This document shows positions 54,570 to 59,146 of a DNA stretch of 59,146 nucleotides, in pieces. Positions within the stretch are counted from its first letter, which is position 1. Every line of letters starts with the position of its first letter. Position numbers and translations under genes: made by a program. Below the pieces are notes generated by a model. It saw nothing but the letters and a program-made list of their open reading frames with translations, was not told where the DNA came from and did no database searches. Location of the stretch: IMG/VR virus record IMGVR_UViG_2029527005_000013. One strand, given 5' to 3'. Origin of the DNA: a virus.

Positions 54570-54947
54570 TTATTTTGCATTCTTCACACGATAGAAAATG
54601 CGATAGGCGCGGGCCTTGCCGGGGCCGTACTGGGTGGTTATGTATTCCAGTTCATAGCCCAATTGGCCCAGGTGGTAAAGTGCGGCGCTTGCCCCGTCCT
54701 GGTGTGACTGTTCCCGGCGATATGGGGAAGTAAGCACGGGCTTTTCACTTGCGGCGGCGTACCAGTTCAAAACGGCTTTTTCGTCGCCTGATACCAGGGC
54801 GGCGCGGTATTTGTTGATCGTGTTCCCGTTGGCATCCCGGCTAAAATCGAAAGTCTCCAGGGTAAGGAAAAGATCCCCACGGGTTAACAGGTCGCTACGG
54901 TCTGCAATAGCTTGCGCCAGGGTGATTTTGATTTGTTTGTGTTTCAT
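54570..54947 (-). CDS. Early hypothetical protein
   Basis: D.NGN motif; GAGG RBS, own promoter. Confidence 0.65.
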   Translation of the reverse strand: MKHKQIKITLAQAIADRSDLLTRGDLFLTLETFDFSRDANGNTINKYRAALVSGDEKAVLNWYAAASEKPVLTSPYRREQSHQDGASAALYHLGQLGYELEYITTQYGPGKARAYRIFYRVKNAK

Positions 54948-55030
54948 GGTGTGCCTCGTTTGTTGGCTTGTTTCGTTTGTCTATAGGCCCCCATTGTAAG
55001 GGGACCTATAACCACACGTCAACATTTATT

Positions 55031-55174
55031 TTAAAAATCGTTGTCGTACATGTCCGCTAATTCGTCGCCGTCCACATTGTACCGGGTAACGGCTTTTGTG
55101 TGGGCGTCGGGGTATTCCATACCCTGGGCGATAAGGTTTACCATGTACAGGAAAGCGCGATCGATGTTACTCAT
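55031..55174 (-). CDS. Early hypothetical protein (47 aa)
   Basis: G.EYPDA...L...YD; GGAG RBS; absent from the ORF track. Confidence 0.55.
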   Translation of the reverse strand: MSNIDRAFLYMVNLIAQGMEYPDAHTKAVTRYNVDGDELADMYDNDF

Positions 55175-55356
55175 GGCATCGGCTCCACTTCAGGCGATGG
55201 GATACACGCCGGATTAATCCACTTGGGATCTAAACGATAATCATTCGCAACAATCTCACAGGTCAATTGATCATCGTATGATTCGATCACGTAGTCATCG
55301 CAACGTGTCGCCATACCTGCAACATATAAGCACATCCCGGCGAAAACTTCAAACAT
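55171..55356 (-). CDS. Early Cys-containing hypothetical protein
   Basis: GAGGG RBS. Confidence 0.55.
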   Translation of the reverse strand: MFEVFAGMCLYVAGMATRCDDYVIESYDDQLTCEIVANDYRLDPKWINPACIPSPEVEPMP

Positions 55357-55357
55357 T

Positions 55358-55513
55358 TTATTTACCCTCTTGAATGTAAAATTTTGTACCTTTTGGGAGG
55401 CGCGATCCGTATCCTTCCCGGTCACGTAGGCGCTTTCTTGCGTCCTGCTCATCATAACCGAAAACTTTTAGCGGGCCAGCCACGCCAGGGATGTTTACTA
55501 AGTAATGTTTCAT
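55358..55513 (-). CDS. Early hypothetical protein (51 aa)
   Basis: GAGG RBS after promoter 55543-55572; absent from the ORF track. Confidence 0.55.
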   Translation of the reverse strand: MKHYLVNIPGVAGPLKVFGYDEQDARKRLRDREGYGSRLPKGTKFYIQEGK

Positions 55514-55581
55514 TTGTTAGCCTCGTTTGCTTGTCTGGGGTCATTGTAAGCCGGGACGGTGCCCGGCGTCAACGTTTATTT

Positions 55582-55860
55582 TTAGTTTTCTTCAGTCGGG
55601 CCGTATGCGGAGTGGATCACGTCGTTACAATTGGCGCAGGTCTCTTCACCTTCCCAGAAAACGTCTAATTCTGCGGCGGTCCATTCGGTGGCCCAGCCGT
55701 GGCGGCTATCGGATAGGATAAGTTTAAAATTTTCTTTTGCACATTTGTGACATACGCAACCGCCATCGATCATTACCAGTAAAAGCGGGTAGCCCATTTC
55801 GTGTGGTTGGCGAACAAATTTTTTAACCTTCTCATTAATGGCGCGGTTTAAAGTAATCAT
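55582..55860 (-). CDS. Early Zn-binding conserved phage protein
   Basis: GYPL....DGG..C..C...W.....WEG...C..C...I.SAYG. Confidence 0.7.
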   Translation of the reverse strand: MITLNRAINEKVKKFVRQPHEMGYPLLLVMIDGGCVCHKCAKENFKLILSDSRHGWATEWTAAELDVFWEGEETCANCNDVIHSAYGPTEEN

Positions 55861-55964
55861 TTACGGTCTCTCTTCAGTTAGTGCGGCGCGGTGTGCGTCG
55901 CTATGGGTTAGATTATGGGGGAAGCCGGGCAAGCCGTCAACCCCCTAAACGAAAATAATCTAAA

Positions 55965-56192
55965 TTATTTTACGGTGACTTTGACCGCCTCAATTGTGGC
56001 AAGCGTCGCCGGGTCAACGGCTAGGATCTTGCTTGCGCTTATCGTTAGCCCTTCCCGGTGTGCGGTCGCCACCAGGCCCCGGCAAGTTGAATCGTAAGAC
56101 TTGCCCGCCGGGACCAGGTACACGCCGGAAAAGCCCAGCGGGCGGATCTTCAGTAGCCGGATAAATTCGGTTAGGCTGTATAGGTTTTGCAT
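55965..56192 (-). CDS. Early hypothetical protein
   Basis: GGGAG RBS. Confidence 0.55.
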   Translation of the reverse strand: MQNLYSLTEFIRLLKIRPLGFSGVYLVPAGKSYDSTCRGLVATAHREGLTISASKILAVDPATLATIEAVKVTVK

Positions 56193-56279
56193 GTCTCCCC
56201 CGTAGATCAAAAATAAGGGACCTATGCGGCCCCCTGTGCGGTTTAAATCCGTTGGCCTTGTGTTGGCCTGCCTGCTGGC

Positions 56280-56414
56280 TTACTCCCAGTTGTAGCGCGT
56301 TTTGCGGCGCTGCTGTTTGTTTGCCTTTTCCCGTGGTAGGCGGTCCGCCGCTTCACTGTAAGCCAGGCGGGCGCGTGGTGCTGCTTTGATGCGGTTTGTG
56401 TTGGTGTGGATCAT
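56280..56414 (-). CDS. Early Arg/Lys-rich peptide (44 aa)
   Basis: ...REKANKQQRRKTRYNWE; GAGG RBS; absent from the ORF track. Confidence 0.5.
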   Translation of the reverse strand: MIHTNTNRIKAAPRARLAYSEAADRLPREKANKQQRRKTRYNWE

Positions 56415-56728
56415 TTATATTTTCCTCTTTGCTTTGCCTTATCGTGCATGAATTGGCGCATGTCGATCAATTCGTGGATCTCTTCGATGTCGGTGGAATA
56501 CTTTTCAAAGGTGATCACGGCTCCCAACTGTTGACGGTAACCCATCGCCCCTACGGCGTCGATCTCCTCCATTGGTCCATAATCGCGGGACGTTCCGATC
56601 TCCCCGTTGTACTCATATTCAAAGTAACAAAACATTTTGTTAAGTTTCCGCCAGCGTCGTTTATTGTAGGCAGCGGCAAGCCAGCCCGCCGCCACGATTA
56701 ACAGGAAAATCCCTGCAATGGCTATCAT
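56411..56728 (-). CDS. Early membrane-anchored hypothetical protein
   Basis: N-terminal TM helix. Confidence 0.6.
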   Translation of the reverse strand: MIAIAGIFLLIVAAGWLAAAYNKRRWRKLNKMFCYFEYEYNGEIGTSRDYGPMEEIDAVGAMGYRQQLGAVITFEKYSTDIEEIHELIDMRQFMHDKAKQRGKYK

Positions 56729-57096
56729 TCAATAACCCCATGTTTACGGCCCATGATGATCAGTGAACCCGCCAGGCGCGTCCAGTATTGATCAAGCTCC
56801 CATTCTTCCTGGGCTTCGCTTGTCATTACATGAATGTAACCCCATTCAGTTAAAAGATCAATGATTTCGTGATTCATGAAAGCGTGATTGATGGATGACG
56901 GCAAGCCCCGGAGATATTCAGTGATAGCGCGTTGCGGCCCCAGGCGGCTTACTTCGTGCCCGTATTCAGATTGCAGGGTATCAAAGAAAAATTTCAGCTT
57001 TTCGGCGTCGGTGCCTTCAAAGTCGATGACGCTCACAACGTAGGCGCGAACGGCTTGAGTAGCGGCGGTGTTTTTGGTGTTGGTGGTCTTAGTCAT
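56725..57096 (-). CDS. Conserved phage early protein
   Basis: F...EYG...A..EYL.GLPS.IN..F.N.EI..L..WG motif; own promoter. Confidence 0.7.
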   Translation of the reverse strand: MTKTTNTKNTAATQAVRAYVVSVIDFEGTDAEKLKFFFDTLQSEYGHEVSRLGPQRAITEYLRGLPSSINHAFMNHEIIDLLTEWGYIHVMTSEAQEEWELDQYWTRLAGSLIIMGRKHGVIE

Positions 57097-57178
57097 TTTT
57101 ACGGTCTCTCTATGGTTTGTGGTGTTTCTCTTAATCAGTCCCGCTATTGTGCCAGCGGGACGGGGTAAGAGTCAACAA

Positions 57179-57388
57179 CTATTTTAAACTTTTTGCGAGT
57201 CGGTCGATCCCGGCGCTCAATTTAGGGTAGCGGGTGGCCTCCAGTAAAACGGATACCTGCATCAGAATATTTTCCGCCTGCTCTGGGTACAACTCAACAA
57301 CCAGGATAAAGGCGGCGCGGGAACCTTCACGGATCGCCACGTGATAAGCCTCGTTTTTGATTTCGTCGATCTGCTGTTCGTTGATCAT
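57179..57388 (-). CDS. Early hypothetical protein
   Basis: Own promoter. Confidence 0.55.
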   Translation of the reverse strand: MINEQQIDEIKNEAYHVAIREGSRAAFILVVELYPEQAENILMQVSVLLEATRYPKLSAGIDRLAKSLK

Positions 57389-57455
57389 TTGGTTTGTCTC
57401 TTCTGTGGGTGTCTGGGTATTCTATGCCGGGACGGTGCCCGGCGTCAACAACTAA

Positions 57456-57839
57456 TTACAAATCTTTTTTACGGCGTACATCATAAACGTTTTCACTGTA
57501 TGGCACGTTTAAGGCCGCAGCCGCCTGGCAGATGTAGCGGTATTCTTTGGCCCATTCAGGACGGTTAACCGCTTGCGCTAACAGTTCAAGCGCGGTAAAT
57601 TCGAAATGCCTTTCGTAGCCGTAGACCATCCAATCAAAAGCCAGATCGATCCACACGTCGCCGCATGTCTTGCCGTATTGGTTACCGTTCACACGGTCCG
57701 CCACTGCTACCGGGACCAGTGCCGCCACGCTTACAGAATGATAAGTATTGCCCGCGCTATCTACCCAACGTTTGCCAGTGATTGAAATTTCTTTGATCTC
57801 TGAAGCGTCGATGTGTGCAAAAATGGTTGGTTTGTTCAT
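57456..57839 (-). CDS. Conserved phage early protein
   Basis: KRW....GNTYHSV...YGY..H...TA...V.RKKDL motif; own promoter. Confidence 0.7.
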   Translation of the reverse strand: MNKPTIFAHIDASEIKEISITGKRWVDSAGNTYHSVSVAALVPVAVADRVNGNQYGKTCGDVWIDLAFDWMVYGYERHFEFTALELLAQAVNRPEWAKEYRYICQAAAALNVPYSENVYDVRRKKDL

Positions 57840-57912
57840 AATGTACTCTCTTTGTTTGGTTTGTGCTTTCGTTTGCCTATGCCGGGTATTATGTACCCGG
57901 CAGAAACCAACG

Positions 57913-58143
57913 TCAAGCGGTTTTTACTAACTCATTGAAAAAAGATTGTGGGCGGGTGTCGCAACCTTTCCCGGCCCAGGCGTTAACGTGGCGGGTGGTG
58001 GTGTTGCTGTGCTTCTCTTCTGTTACCACGTAGCCCACACCAGGGAGGCAAGCCGCAACCGGGGTATTGTAAGAAAAGAAAATCTGTGCGCCGTTTGCGG
58101 TGGTGATCATGGTTTGGTTAGCGCCGATAGTGGTTAAGTTCAT
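57913..58143 (-). CDS. Conserved phage early protein
   Basis: FSY.TPVAA...S.TT.RH.N.W...PQ.F motif; own promoter. Confidence 0.7.
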   Translation of the reverse strand: MNLTTIGANQTMITTANGAQIFFSYNTPVAACLPGVGYVVTEEKHSNTTTRHVNAWAGKGCDTRPQSFFNELVKTA

Positions 58144-58243
58144 TCTACTGTTACCTTGTTTTAGTGGGCGGCGTTGTGTCGCCCTATGTGTTGTATTATG
58201 GACCCATTCGATCCGGGGGTCAATACCCTAAATGAAAATAATT

Positions 58244-58585
58244 TTAAATATTCCAGCCGTGATCTTTTGGGTCAATCTGCCCGCCGTTTTCCTGGATACA
58301 ACGGATCACGGCGTCGCCCATCGCTTTACAAGCGGCCCAGGTTGGCGCGGTTATCTCAATGTAAGGGAAACAGGCCGCGCCGCCTGGGAAGTGTTCCACG
58401 TCCGCCACGTTTGCCGGGTCGGCGTCACTTGCTGCACGGCTAACGAGAATATTTAATTCTTCCCATTCAGGCCAGGGCGTTTTATTGTCATCGTCGATCC
58501 ATTCCCCGGCTTGCGGGTGGCAATCGTAAAAGAGATGGCAACGGAAAAGCGGCGTGATCTGTAATGCTGGGATCTTCTGGGTCAT
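58244..58585 (-). CDS. Early acidic hypothetical protein
   Basis: GAGG RBS. Confidence 0.6.
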   Translation of the reverse strand: MTQKIPALQITPLFRCHLFYDCHPQAGEWIDDDNKTPWPEWEELNILVSRAASDADPANVADVEHFPGGAACFPYIEITAPTWAACKAMGDAVIRCIQENGGQIDPKDHGWNI

Positions 58586-58603
58586 GGTGTGCGCCTCGTT
58601 TGT

Positions 58604-58717
58604 CTGTTATGTTAGCCCGGCGGGGATCGAACCCGCTCACACATCGCCCCGCCTGGAAAGTCTGCCGGAATTGAACCGGGTAGCAAATGAGGATCGCCGG
58701 ACGGGCTAACATAACAG
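58604..58717 (-). ncRNA. tRNA-like structured RNA with two T-arm motifs
   Basis: Perfect 16-bp closing stem (58604-58619/58702-58717); GCGGG-TTCGATC-CCCGC stacked on it; second CCGG-TTCAATT-CCGG arm; intergenic. Confidence 0.6.
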
Positions 58718-58741
58718 GCCCCGCCAGGGGCCTGGCTATGA

Positions 58742-58963
58742 TTAGCGGTGAGTGTTACGGGAAAGTGTGCCGCCGCTATGCTTTGCGCCAACGTGCCAGC
58801 CGTCCGCCTTTTTGGTTGGGGTGGTTGGGGTCACGCCAGCGGCGCGGAGACGGTTGGCAACGGCGCGGGCGTCGTCACGGGTACGGTAAGCCGGAAGGGT
58901 GGCAACCGCCGCCAGGTTAACAGAAGATACACCGCGAGATTTTTTATAAGTTACTTTAGCCAT
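58742..58963 (-). CDS. Early basic hypothetical protein
   Basis: TRDDAR...K...GW.V motif; own promoter at 59014-59042. Confidence 0.65.
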   Translation of the reverse strand: MAKVTYKKSRGVSSVNLAAVATLPAYRTRDDARAVANRLRAAGVTPTTPTKKADGWHVGAKHSGGTLSRNTHR

Positions 58964-59146
58964 TGTCTTTACTCTCTTTGTTTAGCCGGGCACCATTTGC
59001 CGGGCTTGTGGGTATTATGGGGCCAGGTGGCCCCGGTGTCAATCAATTATTTGTAAAGTTTTGAGGAAATTTTCCCAACGTTGCTACACCATGATGATCC
59101 GTAGACCTCCCCGATCCCGATCTCCATTGCAGCCGCTAGGATCTCA

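Larger units (their letters stand above)
48898..59042 (-). promoter_or_regulatory. Array of about 18 early sigma70 promoters, most with embedded GC hairpins
   Basis: -10 to -35 spans at 48898-48925, 49851-49879, 50137-50166, 51398-51427, 52253-52281, 52698-52727, 53218-53247, 53766-53794, 54285-54314, 54537-54566, 54993-55022, 55543-55572, 55912-55940, 57146-57175, 57419-57448, 57888-57916, 58195-58223, 59014-59042; mostly TTGAC[AGT]-17/18-[CT]A[CT]AAT. Confidence 0.85.

Noticed and set aside
52698-57448. Repeated ~30-bp palindromic sequences as a CRISPR array or integron attC sites
   Set aside because: The repeats are separated by whole genes of variable length and coincide with -35/-10 boxes; there is no cas gene or integrase in the window.
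58604-58717. Canonical tRNA gene
   Set aside because: Lacks a proper D-arm, anticodon arm and CCA; reported as a tRNA-like element instead.

Overview
A 59 kb segment of a lytic dsDNA bacteriophage infecting an enterobacterium. Gene content and order most resemble rV5-like myoviruses (Vequintavirinae, e.g. Certrevirus-like); this taxonomy is an inference. Layout: (i) 1-2045, three minus-strand genes (PRPP-synthetase-like enzyme, LamG-like protein, winged-helix protein) followed by an AT-rich origin-like tract; (ii) 2.4-33.8 kb, plus-strand DNA/nucleotide metabolism genes (ATP-dependent ligase, MazG-like, NADAR, HNH, 5'-3' exonuclease, RuvC-like, EndoVII, WYL, DnaQ-like exonuclease, dNMP kinase, nucleotidase, ThyX, NrdAB, glutaredoxin, M15 endolysin, PhoH, SLOG, ClpP-like, adenine MTase, CCA-adding enzyme, Pol-beta/RlaP-like nucleotidyltransferase, class II aaRS-like domain); (iii) 32-47 kb (overlapping the end of ii), small hypothetical genes, about 10 of which share a C-terminal F-x-D-P-x4-EEL-x2-F-x3-YPE motif; (iv) a 1.6 kb non-coding convergence region (47059-48660) with a cluster of Fur-box-like palindromes, two perfect IHF sites, a DnaA box, a CRP-like site and a structured RNA candidate; (v) 48.7-59.1 kb, a minus-strand early region built from about 18 sigma70 promoter cassettes, most with GC-rich hairpins in the spacer or around the -10, plus a 114 nt tRNA-like element with two T-arms. 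No CRISPR array, integrase or canonical tRNA was found. Best candidates for undescribed biology: the Fur-box/host-regulator decoy island, the double-T-arm RNA, and the shared-C-terminus paralog family. Protein family calls are from motif recognition by eye, not database searches.
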